From: Octopus vulgaris
Lineage: Eukaryota
NCBI GenBank assembly: GCA_951406725.2
Contig: OX597835.1
Span: 26,660,001 to 26,724,000, forward strand
Length of the DNA: 64,000 nt
Direction: 5' to 3'
Within the stretch, counting starts at the first letter, position 1, and each line of letters starts with the position of its first letter. The notes under the pieces were generated by a model that was not told the DNA's origin, ran no database searches, and was given only the letters and a program-made list of their open reading frames with translations. Made by a program: the position numbers and the translations under genes. Below, in pieces: positions 1 through 12,899 of this stretch.

Positions 1-189
1 CTCAACACAGCCATGAGATATGTTAATAACATTGGCTCTTGGATTTATAGGCAATCGCCTGTCATCCATCAGCGTGTATAGAACACGATCAATGCTTTCT
101 TCATTGGTGGCAATTGTAACACGTCCAGGCATTGGGTCAGGTCATCTTCAACACTCTCCCTCCTCCTCTTTCATTCAGCTGCCCGCTTT

Positions 190-388
190 TTTCACTCTTT
201 TACTTCTTTCAGTCATTTGACTGCGGCCATGCTGGAGCATCGCCTTTTAGTCGAGCAAATCGACCACAGGCTTTATCTTTGTAATCCTAGTACTTATTCT
301 ATCGGTCTCTTTTGCCGAACCGCTAAGTGACGGGGACGTAAACACACCAGCATCAGTTGTCAAGCGATGCTGGGAGGACAAACACAGA

Positions 389-433
<45 letters not shown>

Positions 434-541
434 ACATATATATATATATATACATATATACGACAGGCTTCTTTCAGTTTCCGTCTACCAAATCCACTCA
501 CAAGGCTTTGGTCGGCCCGAGGCAAGTAGAAGACACTTGCC
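190..541 (-). mobile_element. tRNA-derived SINE family A (internal microsatellite), 5'-truncated
   Basis: Near-identical to the full copies at 14209-14625 and 54765-55187 (CAGTCATTTGACTGCGGCCATGCTGGAGC...GCCGAACCGCTAAG...CCACTCACAAGGCTTTGGTCGGCCCGAGG), with internal (CA)n(TA)n. Confidence 0.85.
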
Positions 542-837
542 CGTTCATAAAGCTGGAGCGCCATCCCCTAATGTAGCAACCATAAACAACATAGATGTCC
601 TTCGACCCTAAACACCCGTTTTCTGCAATCACTCGATAACAATACGATGCCAAATGTCCTCCTTTTTCAAGACAAGTCGCTGGTAAGTTACTTTCGAAAC
701 GCTTGAAGGGTCAGACGTCAATTTCCCTGCAAAGAAACGATGCAGTTATTAATAAGAAGGGTTGAAATTAATTTATGCAAGATCTTACAGCTCTAGCATC
801 ACTCCATAGTCAACCTCGTATATATATGTGTGTGTGT

Positions 838-1139
838 GGAGGCGCAGTGGCCCAGTGGTTAGGGCAGCGGACTCGCGGTCGTAGGGTCGCGGTTTCGATT
901 CCCAGACCGGGCGTTGTGAGTATTTATTGAGCAAAAACACCTAAAGTTCCACGAGGTCCGGCAGGGTGGTGGTGGCGATCCCTGCTGTACCTTTTCGCCA
1001 CAACTTTCTATCACTCTTTCTTCTGTAGGCCTGCTCGCTTAGCCAGCGTGGTGGCGTCATTTGAAGGCTAAAACAATGTGAAGCGCATTGTGACCAGCGA
1101 TGTGTAGCAATATCTGATAGCCTGGTCGATCACGGTGAT
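838..1139 (+). mobile_element. tRNA-derived SINE family B
   Basis: Pol III A box TGGCCCAGTGG and B box GGTTTCGATTCC; same head at 19619, 20033, 26345, 42747. Confidence 0.85.
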
Positions 1140-1604
1140 ATGTGCATATATATATATATGTATATATTATTTATATTATATGATTGAACACCATGCATCC
1201 TCTTCCAAGGAAGTTATATATATATTCTAAGAAAGTTAGAGGTTGTGAATCCAACCAACTAAGGGATAATATCTATCCAATATTGAACTGGTAGAATACC
1301 CAATTATTAATACGCAAGTGTTTTTTTATTGCATTGCAATTACATTACCGAGTGTACTAAATGGGTGAAGGTAAAGAGATATTTTACCATTAATTTATAT
1401 AGCAATAAGAAAATGGAGGGGATCAATAGGTGATTCATCAACTTTTAGATATTATATTATGTCAACTTATTTATTTATTTACTAAAATGACAATTACAAG
1501 AATATACATACATGTATAACATATGCTTTACATATTATATATTAATATATAAAGATACCAGTAATTATTAAAATATAATATATAGGAATATAAACTGGGA
1601 TAAT

Positions 1605-1730
1605 AACTTACAGCTGTTTCAGCCAAGAGGCAAAAATACCTCATTTTACCTTTATTCCTCCAGCAGACTGAAGTAATAAGTAGATGAAATTGAGGTACTT
1701 GGTTGTTACTCTAGGCTTCGTCAGAGATTT
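1605..1730 (-). ncRNA. type I hammerhead ribozyme motif with long stem II (Penelope-like element)
   Basis: Minus strand CTGACGA AGCC..(~90 nt hairpin incl. TACCTCA/TGAGGTA)..GGCT GAAA CAGCTG TA; palindromic stem III ACAGCTGT, GUA triplet; stem I weak. Confidence 0.65.
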
Positions 1731-1763
1731 TTTAAAGTATATAAGGTTAAGTTATAAATAAAC

Positions 1764-1998
1764 TTAGATATGTTTCGACCAAAGATTGGTCCAGGCCATG
1801 TCTAACTTAATAGCACACCTGATAGGATTATTTGAATCCTGTTTAAGACGAGTTTTGCTTATGGTCCATTCAAGTAGTGAGATTTTGTTGGGTGAGTTGT
1901 ATCCAATTATGGGTGGCTTATCTGGTATTCCTTGAAGGAATCTATCCAGACTCCGTTTAAAGTTGATGGAATCCTTTTCCTCTTTGATCTCTTTCGGG
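1764..1998 (-). mobile_element. CR1-like LINE ORF2 3' end fragment
   Basis: Translation PKEIKEEKDSINFKRSLDRFLQGIPDKP resembles the FK..LD.FL..IPD.P C-terminus of CR1-type ORF2. Confidence 0.65.
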
Positions 1999-2920
1999 AC
2001 AAATATAAATAAATATAAATATAAAATAAATAAAAATACAAACACATTTAAATACTCATACATATACATATACAAATGCATACATATATAAATATACATA
2101 AATACTTATATATACACTTAAATGTACATACATATTTACATTTATAGATGCATTATATTATTTATATTTGATAAAATATAAATAAAGGTATGAGAAAGTT
2201 ATAAGGATGGTAGTTTTGCAACCTATAAAATCCATATATCTTAAAGTTATTTCAGTTATGTCAGAACTTTATCGCATATGGCATTTAGCACACGCATACA
2301 CAAACACGTACACATTGGCGAACTCGCTCGCACATACACACACACACACACAGACACAGACATACACACACAGACAAACACGCACACATATGTACGTGTG
2401 TGTGCGGCGAGCTGTGCATTCGCTGAATACTATACAAGATAACGTTTTGATTTATTAAAATAATCTTCGTTTTAGCAGAAGATAAACGAATACTGAGCGG
2501 CATTTCCAGTCAAATCTTGGATCTGGAAGAGAAATAATCGCAAAGATTCATTAATTATCATTAACTTGTCATTAAAGAATCCACATTTGTTTCTGTACAC
2601 GAAACACCTGTGGGTAGGTATTTCTACCTTAACAAGCGTCATAAGAACAGCAACTTTTACTACCTTAACGCCAACCAAACGGGAGGCTCAGACATGTCTT
2701 TCTTTTACTTGATTCAGTCATTATACTGCGGCCATGCTGAAGAATTTTTCTGACTGAATGAATCGACTGCATTTTGTGTGTGTATGTGTGTGTGTGCGTG
2801 TGCGTGTGCGTGTGTGTGTCTGTATGTATGCATGTGTGTGTCTATGTATGTGTGTGTCTGTATGTGTTGGTATATGTGTGTGTATATATATATAGTTGTA
2901 GTAGTAGTACAGTTCCCTTC

Positions 2921-3150
2921 CCTAGTTCTGCCGACTCACAAGGTCTGGTTTACCGGTTTCCATGGTATATATACTCCCTACCTGGACGAGACGTCAGTCC
3001 ATCGCAGGGTTACTCACTTTTGTCAGTTGAGTGGACCGGAGCAACGTGAAATAAAGTGTTTTGCTTAAGAACACAATGTGTCGCCCAGTCCTGGAATCGA
3101 AATCACAATCTTACAATCATGAGTCCAACACCCTAAGCCACACTCCTCCA
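2921..3150 (-). mobile_element. SINE, family B-related head with a different tail
   Basis: Reverse complement GGCTTAGGGTGTTGGACTCATGATTGTAAGATTGTGATTTCGATTCCAGGACTGGGCGACACATTGTGTTCTTAAGCAAAACACTT resembles 7645 and 57992. Confidence 0.65.
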
Positions 3151-3244
3151 CACACATACACATATTCTTTTACTCTTTTACTGGTTTCAGCCAGAGGCTG
3201 AGGCCATACTGGAGCACCACCCCTTAGTGTTTTGAGGTCTCCTG

Positions 3245-3468
3245 TCGATACTTTTTTTTTCTTGTGAAGGAGCGTGTTGGGTGAAGCTGCTCCTCTTTGT
3301 GCCACCTGCCGCAATGTGGGCTCATTTGGGGTTTCAGATAGAAATTTATCCAGGTGCTTTTCGAACGTTTCCCTACCTACACCTTGCAGATCTCTGAGGT
3401 TACTTGGTAGGATGTTAACCTGTTGTGGTCAGATGAAACCCAAGCTGTTGCAATACTGGGTCCTTATC
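3245..3468 (-). mobile_element. CR1-like LINE ORF2 3' end fragment
   Basis: Minus frame NILPSNLRDLQGVGRETFEKHLDKFLSETPNEP. Confidence 0.6.
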
Positions 3469-3469
3469 T

Positions 3470-3702
3470 AAGGTGGCGAGCTGGCAGAAACGTTAGCATG
3501 CTGGATGGAATACTTAGTGGAATTTCGTCTGTCTTTATGTTCTGAGTTCAAATTCCGCCGAGGTCGACTTTGCCTTTCATCATTTCGGGGTCGATAAATT
3601 AAGTACCAGTTACCCACTGAGATCGATATAATCGACTTAATATCTTTGTCTGTCCTTGTTTGTCCCCTCTATGTTTAGCCCCTTGTGGGCAATAAAGAAA
3701 TA
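3470..3702 (+). mobile_element. tRNA-derived SINE family C
   Basis: GGCGAGCTGGCAGAAACGTTAGC...GAGTTCAAATTCCGCCGAGGTCGACTTTGCCTTTCATC; repeated at 30.8, 35.1, 36.0, 40.8, 51.7 and 59.1 kb. Confidence 0.8.
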
Positions 3703-4075
3703 AGATGCTTGCTTTACAACCACATGGTTCCGGGTACAGTCCTATTGCGTGGCACCTTGGGCAAGTGTCTTCTACTATAGTCTCAGGCTGACCGAAGTTT
3801 TGTGAGTGGGATTGGTAGACGGAGATATAAACATAGATATATCTATATGTTTATATTTATGCGTGTGTCTTTGTGTCAATGTTTGCCCCTCACCCACCGC
3901 CATCACTTGACAGTCGATGTCGGTGCGTTTACGTCCCTGTAACCTAGCAGTTCGGCTAAAGGAACCGATACTATAAGTATCAGGCTTACAGAGAATAAAC
4001 CCTGGGGACGATTTGTTCGACTAAAAGGTGGTGCTCCAGCATGGCCGCAGTCAAATGATTGAAACAAATAAAAGA
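3703..4075 (+). mobile_element. SINE family A, diverged
   Basis: CCACATGGTTCCGGG...CCTTGGGCAAGTGTCTTCTACTATAG...GCTCCAGCATGGCCGCAGTCAAATGA. Confidence 0.8.
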
Positions 4076-4214
4076 ATATAAGCATATACATTTACATATA
4101 TGTGTGTGTGTGTATATTATATATATATGTATATATATATGTATATATATATGTATATCTATCCATACATACATACATATATATGATATATATAATATAT
4201 ATAAATATACATAC

Positions 4215-4305
<91 letters not shown>

Positions 4306-4598
4306 TGTATGTATGTATGTATACAGATATATCATTTGCAGCGTTCAAGAAAATGGCTGCTGTCATCAAATGTCTGTCATGCGACTTCTTCCCTATAAAT
4401 CAACCAATCAAAGCTGACATATATACACACACACATATACATACAGAAACTCACAAGATCATAGATGCGCCCTTATATAAGAACACGCACGTATACAGAC
4501 ACACGTATGTACATACGTTGAATAAAGACATACATACATATACATGCATACACACCTACATATACATGTATGTGTGTGTGTGAGTCTGTCTGTATATG

Positions 4599-4635
<37 letters not shown>

Positions 4636-4950
4636 TCACATATAGACACGCGCACACATACATGTATACAAGCCTATATACGTATTACAAACATATATGT
4701 ATGTGTGTATGTATGTATATATATATATATACACACATACACATATATGCATATACGTATACATACATGTTCACATAATCATACATATATACACGCACAT
4801 GTACATACATATATACTGACGTACCTACATACATATATACAAACGTACATACATACATACATACATACATACATACATACATACATACATACATACATAC
4901 ATACATACATACATACATACATACATACACGCATACATACACGCATACGT
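4076..4950. repeat. compound (TA)n/(TACA)n microsatellite tract
   Basis: Direct inspection. Confidence 0.9.
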
Positions 4951-5034
4951 ATGAACAGTTCGTTCGTTATACACGTAGAGACAGCCATACATAATGAGTG
5001 TCTAGTGATCTCATTTGATGTGGATCGGCAAGAA

Positions 5035-5295
5035 CAGCAAACACCACCACGCAACCACTGCCGCTACCACCATCTCTACTAGCACAACACCACTCTGTCA
5101 ACCACTGTTGCTACAGCCTATACATTAGAACGGATATTTCAAGCACTATCGTCACTACTTCCACTATCACCACAACCACAAACAATAACACCCCCACCAC
5201 CCCCACCACCATCACCCCCGCCACTCCCCCCGCCACCACCACCACAACTACCACCACCACCACCACCACCACCACCACCACAACGACTACTTCTT

Positions 5296-5340
<45 letters not shown>

Positions 5341-5655
5341 TCATTACCACCACTACCTCCTCCACCAGCACCACCACCACAACTACTACAACTATCACCA
5401 CCACCGCCAATACTAACGCCGCCACCACCACCAACACCAGAACCAACACAACCACCAACACCACAAATACCCCAACTACCACTGGTATCAGCACGACCAG
5501 CACCACCACCACTACCACTTCCACTACTACCAATACTACCATCATCACCGCTACCTCCACAACCACCACAACCACCACCAACACCACTACAACTACTATT
5601 ACTACGACCAGCACTTCCACCAATAGCACCACTACTACTACTACTACTACTACTG

Positions 5656-5695
<40 letters not shown>

Positions 5696-5722
5696 AACCA
5701 CCACCACCACCACCACCTCCTC
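5035..5722. repeat. (ACC/ACT)n trinucleotide low-complexity tract
   Basis: Direct inspection. Confidence 0.9.
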
Positions 5723-5889
5723 CGAATCTCGCATGTCCATTTCTGCCGTCTTAACGAGGCTGTACTCGAAGCCATAAATTGTGCTCCGATGTCAGATTGG
5801 TCCTCATTTATCAGTTGAGTAGCTTTGGAGAGGTAACTAAATGGATGTTCGGGATAAATGTACGTATAAATATATACATATGTATATGT

Positions 5890-6020
<131 letters not shown>

Positions 6021-6104
6021 TACATACAAACATGCATGCATACATATACACACATATATATATATATATATATATATGCATATATGTATATAATGCATAC
6101 AAAC

Positions 6105-6148
<44 letters not shown>

Positions 6149-6167
6149 ATACATAATTGTATGTATA

Positions 6168-6224
<57 letters not shown>

Positions 6225-6289
6225 TATACACACACACACACAATATATATATACGTATATACGAGTGTGTATATTACAAATATATATAC

Positions 6290-6369
<80 letters not shown>

Positions 6370-6769
6370 AAAGGGTGGGTGGAGAAAGGGGGAGTAAGAT
6401 AGGAGATGGAAATCTACATAGGTAATATGGCGGATACGTAGATTGGTGGTCGGCAGCTGGTATTGTTGGATGGTTGCGAGCAAAGTATATCGATAAACAG
6501 ATGCCTGGTTACATAAATATGTACGGGTACGGGTGTATATGTGTGCGAGTGTGAGTGTGTGTGTGTGTGTGAGCGTTGTAAAAGAGAGAGAATTAGGGTG
6601 GAGAACGTTGTTTGGATGTATGAGGCGGACGGGTGGATGGATGGATAGGTTGGTGGTTAGATGGATACCTAGGTGTGCATGTAGCTGGGTATTAAAAGTG
6701 GGTAGACATGTCGATAATTGGGCGGGTCGGGTAGTTGTGTGGATAGGTATCATACAGAATGTCAGCAGT

Positions 6770-6967
6770 ATCCTCATCATCATCTTCCTAATCATCATCA
6801 TCATCGTCGTCGTCGTCTTCGTCATTGTCGTCACCATCATTAATATCATCTTCATCATCATCATCATCATCATCGTCGTCGTCGTTGTTGTCTTCGTCGT
6901 CATCATCACCATCATAAATATCATCATCATCTTCATCATCATCGTCATCACCATCATCAATATCATC

Positions 6968-7016
<49 letters not shown>

Positions 7017-7242
7017 ACACCATCATCAATATCATCATCATCATCATCATCACCGTCGGCATCGTCGACGTCGTTGTCTTCGTCGTCATCATCACCATCA
7101 TCATCGTAATCATTGTCATCGTTATAGTGCCAAACACTATATTCATCACTCTCACCATCATCACAATCATCATCAACACCAATACCGCCCAGCTCCGCCA
7201 CCTTTATTATCCCCCCTACCTCCACTCCACCACCATTACCAA

Positions 7243-7273
<31 letters not shown>

Positions 7274-7280
7274 TTATCGT
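6770..7280. repeat. (CAT/CGT)n trinucleotide tract
   Basis: Direct inspection. Confidence 0.9.
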
Positions 7281-7644
7281 ATCCTCCTACTTGAAACTTT
7301 AAACGAAAATGAGCTAGGGAGACAACTCGAAGTGGCCAGTGGTATGTATTTGAGTACCACAGATAAATGTAAGAAATATCAAATGTCATACGACATAAAC
7401 TCTAGATTTATTAAAATTAACTCCCTCTCTAGGAGATAGTTCATTATTTTTATAAGGCAATATAATGACCAACGCAACTCGAGATTGCACGATAACTTCA
7501 AGTATCCTCCAAGGCTGACATGGCGTTAAAGAAAAAGACATACTTCTTGTACGGAGTTCAGCAGACAGACGTGGACACCTGTTCCTGGCTTGAAAACCGT
7601 CATTAATACAATTGACGCATTTTATTTCAGTAGTTTATACTTAG

Positions 7645-7748
7645 TGGAGGCGCGTTGCTTAGTGGTTAGGGTGTCAGCATCGTGATCGTAAGATTGTGGT
7701 TTCGATTCCTGGACCGGGCGATGCGTTGTGTTCTTGAGCAAAACACTT
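7645..7748 (+). mobile_element. SINE family B-related head fragment
   Basis: TTAGTGGTTAGGG...GGTTTCGATTCCTGGACCGGGCG...TTGAGCAAAACACTT. Confidence 0.7.
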
Positions 7749-8104
7749 GGTTGATTAAAAATGTAATGGCAAGTATTTATTGACCTTTTTCTTTCCTTTA
7801 AAAATCGGCACGAACTTTCCGGACAATCCAATACAACATTAGTTCTTAGTATATTAAATTTATTTCCGCCTCTAGAAAACGTGTCATAATTACCAAACGG
7901 CAATAATGACCATGGGCAATAAACCTGTTTCGTTCCTTAATAGCATGTCAGTATTGGAGAAAATCTTGGATCATGAGGTGATCTCCCCTTTTCAATTGGA
8001 ATTGGTCTTAATTAGTTTTTGGTAAAAACGGTTCATCTTCTGAAGACGGAGAAAATTTCGGCAAACCAAGATTTTATGTTGTATGGTATCAGATATATCT
8101 GTAT

Positions 8105-8361
8105 TAACTCACGTAGATATGGAGGGAAAACAGAAAAATATCACATGTACAAAGATTAATTGAGAACGCTCACGTTTCTAGATTAGCCGAATTACATTCG
8201 ACATGTTCATTTTTTTAGTGCTTTCAAATCCAAATTAAGAAATGTTGAGCTGACGAAAGAAATGTCGAATGTAATTCGGCTAATCTAGAAACGTGAGCGT
8301 TCTCAATTAATCTTTGTACATGTGATATTTTTCTGTTTTCCCTCCATATCTACGTGAGTTA
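8105..8361. repeat. perfect ~100-bp inverted repeat (8105-8204 / 8262-8361), Penelope-like inverted terminus
   Basis: Arms read as exact reverse complements; the right arm overlaps a hammerhead motif. Confidence 0.9.
8245..8306 (+). ncRNA. type I hammerhead ribozyme motif
   Basis: TTGAG CTGACGA A AGA..GTCGAAT-GTA-ATTCGGC..TCT A GAAA CG-TGAG-CG TT CTCAA: stem I 5 bp, stem III with tetraloop, GUU triplet; A.A mismatch at the base of stem II. Confidence 0.65.
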
Positions 8362-8588
8362 TTTTTGAGTAAATACTATCTGGGAGACTTTTCTTAAAGT
8401 AGCAGAAATGGCTAAAAAACTTTTTGGCTGCTATTTCTAAAAAATTTCAGTATGTGGCAAAGTAAATTATTTTACTGAGCCCTAATTATATAACGTAATA
8501 TTCTGAATACGTCTTGAATGGTCCTTTTACATACTGAACACTACTTGGTGAAATTAATTAATAACTAATTGATTTTACCCTTGATTAT

Positions 8589-8630
<42 letters not shown>

Positions 8631-9108
8631 TAATATACATACTCACTCGTACACACATATACATAATGTATATTTTTGTTATCCAATTAGACGTACTAAT
8701 CGATCGACCAATTTATATATTGATGATTCATCGTCAGGTTAATATCATTAACGACTAGATCGATTGATTGACTGATTGACATATTGAATGACAAAGCATT
8801 ACATCATTCGTAAATCGATCAATAAATATATTGACTGATTGATGGGCCAGCACAGACAAAAGGTTTAATAATCAATATATTTGTTTGATTATTTCTTTCA
8901 TTGATTGAATGATAACTAGATTTATTGATTGTGGTATTGATTTACATTGTTTGATTATCGATCTATTGGTATTTATCACAGTAGGTAATTTAATAACGAA
9001 TTAATTGGCTAGCGATATATTAAATCATTGATTAATGATTGAAAGATTAATTAACTGATGTATTGATTACTTGCAGGTAAAGCGGACAGTATCAATTAGT
9101 CGGCTGAG

Positions 9109-9221
9109 ATGGAACAGGAAAATCGATACAAACAAAGGAAGCCGTTCCCACTGATGATCAAGGCAGAGACTCAGGGTGAGGACGTGAAATTGAAGGATAA
9201 TGATACGTCAAACTCTTTGCC
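9109..9221 (+). CDS. candidate first coding exon (exon 9077-9221) of a 73-aa protein: MEQENRYKQRKPFPLMIKAETQGEDVKLKDNDTSNSL(P)
   Basis: Acceptor TTGCAG|G at 9076/9077, ATG in GAGATGG context, strong donor CC|GTGAGT at 9221 (phase 2), non-repetitive sequence, phase-compatible with the 21580 exon. Confidence 0.55.
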
Positions 9222-9507
9222 GTGAGTTTTACATCTAGCATACTCTCTCTCGTGCGCTCTCTCTCTCTCTCTCTCTTTTATTCTACTACTCTCTCTCATT
9301 ATCTTTATCTATCTATGTATCTCTCGCTCTACCAATCTCTCTCTCTACAGACACACACGCACGCGTACACATGCACGCACAAAAACATATATATGCACTT
9401 TTGTACGTACGTATGTATGTATGTATATATAGATCGATATATAGATAAATACATACATACATATACATACGAACAAATATATATACACACACATACACAT
9501 ACACACA

Positions 9508-9546
<39 letters not shown>

Positions 9547-9597
9547 CTATATATATATATAATCCTTCCTACTATAACCACAAGGCCTGAAATTTCG

Positions 9598-10265
9598 TAC
9601 AATGTCCAACCATTTCAGACCTGTGGGCTTATGCCGAACGACTACTGTCACATGTGGGACGAGTTCGCGTGTCGGCCGAATCTATCGTGAAAATTGCTCC
9701 ACCACCCTCCCTTAACCGGGAAGGCTAGGCAGTGTTCATCGTACTGGTGGCCATGGTGAAAGAATGTATGTGGTGGACTCGAGCGAAAGGTTTAGAGACA
9801 AACACTTTCCTCTCTGGCCAATCGCTCATCAACTTTTTCAAGTAATACTTGAAAAGGAAGGTGAGAATGGAGAGGCAGGTTTTGTCTCGTGAAAGTTTCA
9901 AAAAAAGGTGGGTGAATGTAGCAAAGATGGTACGTGCAAGTGACGAAATTACTTTGAGCATGATCCTGTAAATCGAAAAAAAGAGTGAGATCACTTTGCT
10001 CTCATGTGTTTATTCTCTGCCTGCTTGAGGTTACCGTGGTCTTTTCCGTATGCTTTTCTTTCCATCGATAAACCCAATCTTGCTTATTACATTTTTAACA
10101 TTTTCTGTGATACACGATCCCTTTTGATCGTTCACCCCCCCCCCTCGATCACTTTTGATCGGAATTTTGTTTTACTCCTTTTTTTTTTCTATTTTCGAAA
10201 AGAAAAGCTCAACATTGTATTTTGTCCCCTCTGTGTTCGACCCTGTGTGGCTAATAAAGAAACTT
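9598..10265 (+). mobile_element. Tx1/L1-clade LINE 3' end (degenerate ORF2 C-terminus plus 3'UTR)
   Basis: FVQCPTISDLW...LVAMVKECMWWTR...FKKRW with two in-frame stops; ends at AATAAAG followed by (TCTA)n. Confidence 0.6.
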
Positions 10266-10269
10266 TTCT

Positions 10270-10842
<573 letters not shown>

Positions 10843-11554
10843 TAGCGCATAACAAGTTAGAAGCAGGAAGTGAACGGATGAGAAAAAAAAGCAGAGAACA
10901 TAAGCAGATAAGGAAGTGAAACTTATGGCGATATATTCTGGTTAAGTGACGATGTTTTGGCCCGACATATTATCTTGGAGAACAGGAAAATATACAAGAT
11001 GAAAGCATATTTACTATGTGCGTGGGTGTTAATTGAAGAACACGAGGAGAGTGTGCCGGAAATGGTGTGAGAAAGGGAGAAAAAATGGTGGTTGTGGTGG
11101 TGGTGGTTGTGGTGGTGGTGGAGGGATTTAGTGAAGTTAAGTTGAAGGTAACTAGCATCTTATCCAGGTGGAATATCAATGCCTGTGCTTGATTTTAATA
11201 ATGTACCATTTTCGTGTACCATGTCTACTACTTATGGTAATGTGCTTGTCTTTTATTGTTGTCTGTGTACACATACACACACACGGGCTTGCGCGCACAC
11301 ATGTATACACACACACTTATATACACACATAAACATACATACATACATACAGACAGACAGACAGACATATACACATATATACATACATACACACACACAT
11401 ACATACAAAGAGATATAACTGAATGAACACACACACATGTATATATATACACATAAACATACATATATACACATGCACATGTATATATACATACACACAT
11501 ACATACACAGGTACGTACATACGTACATACATAAATGCATACAAGTATATTCTG

Positions 11555-11826
11555 TTATTCTTTTACTTGTTTCAGTCATTTGACTGCGGCCATGCTGGAG
11601 CACCGCCTTTAGTCGAACAAATCGACCCCAGGACATTGTAAGCCTAAAATTTATTCTATCGGTGTCTTTTGCCGAACCACTAAGTTACGGGGACGTAAGC
11701 ATAACATCGACTGTCAAGCGACGGTAGAAGGACAAACACAAGCACACAAACACACACATAAGTGCATATATACGATGGGTTTCTTTCAGCTTCCGTCTAC
11801 CAATTCCACTCACAAGTCTTTGGTCA
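11555..11826 (-). mobile_element. SINE family A, truncated
   Basis: Matches family A body and tail. Confidence 0.8.
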
Positions 11827-12400
11827 ACAACTATTGAAAAGTTTGCAAAACGCAACGAAAGAAGTTCAAAGATGGAATGCATCCACCAAAATAAAGCACA
11901 AAATACAAACAAACAAGCAAACAAACAAACATACATACATAGACATCACTGGAACTGTAAAAATCTGTAAAACTTTGTAGAAGTTTAGCATTTAAATATA
12001 TATGACCATGTCTAGACGTGTAACTATAAGCATGAGATTACATACAAATCTGCACATATACATACATACATACATACATACATACATACATACATACATA
12101 CATACATACATACATACTTACATGCGTACATGCGTACATACGTACATACGCATAGAAACAGTGTTGTCATCTGAGCAGAAGCAGTTTGAGTGTATATAAA
12201 GGAAAACAATTAAAACAGTGAATGAGTCAAGGACTTTAAGTTGTCGACGTTTGTTGGAAGGAAGAAATAAGACAAGCAATTGTTAACTCCTGTTACACTC
12301 AATTTATGAATCATACATGTTTAGTGTATATACACTCACAGACACAAGCACGCGTGCGCATATACGCATATGAACTCTTACACACGGTATATATATATAT

Positions 12401-12646
12401 CTGTAAATTAATATGTGACAATTATTCAGTAGCCAAGATAAAGCACCCCACCATCTCTTCGGTTATCTGCCTATCAGATGGCCAGATAACCGAAGAGATG
12501 GTGGTGTGGATTTCCTAACTCGACACCCGAAACTCAGAGTTTTATCTTGGCTACTGAATAATTGTCACATATTAATTTACAGATAAATTCCTCTATTTAC
12601 ATAATATTGCGGTCTCTTTCTTTCTTTTCTTATCTTACCATTTTTA

Positions 12647-12650
<4 letters not shown>
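12401..12650. mobile_element. palindromic (foldback) element inserted in (TA)n
   Basis: AAATTAATATGTGACAATTATTCAGTAGCCAAGATAAA and its reverse complement; inner hairpin CCACCATCTCTTCGGTTATCTG/CAGATAACCGAAGAGATGGTGG; partial copy at 18630-18725; absent from the paralogous site at 15570. Confidence 0.7.
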
Positions 12651-12724
<74 letters not shown>

Positions 12725-12899
12725 TGTATATGTATTATTAAGGTGGTTATTCGCAATTTACAACCAAAAGGCAACGAATATAGTCGTCACTAAAGTGATG
12801 GAGGGTGCTAGAGTCAGCACCAGCATTTGCTAGAAATAACAGTCAAAACAACTCTTAGCCAAGTGAGTGCACTTTTCTAAAGACTGACAAAGAAGACAA

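Noticed and set aside
640-690. CTG|GTAAGT donor after a short MPNVLLFQDKSL frame
   Set aside because: No clear acceptor or promoter; joining to 9077 in phase 0 stops after 25 codons.
838-912. tRNA-like sequences with A/B boxes (also 14209, 19619, 20033, 42747, 55115, 57992)
   Set aside because: No proper acceptor stem, and each continues into a shared repeat body; these are SINE heads, not tRNA genes.
6274-7294. Poly-Met, poly-Asp and poly-Ile ORFs
   Set aside because: Alternative readings of a (CAT)n tract with no splice or domain support.
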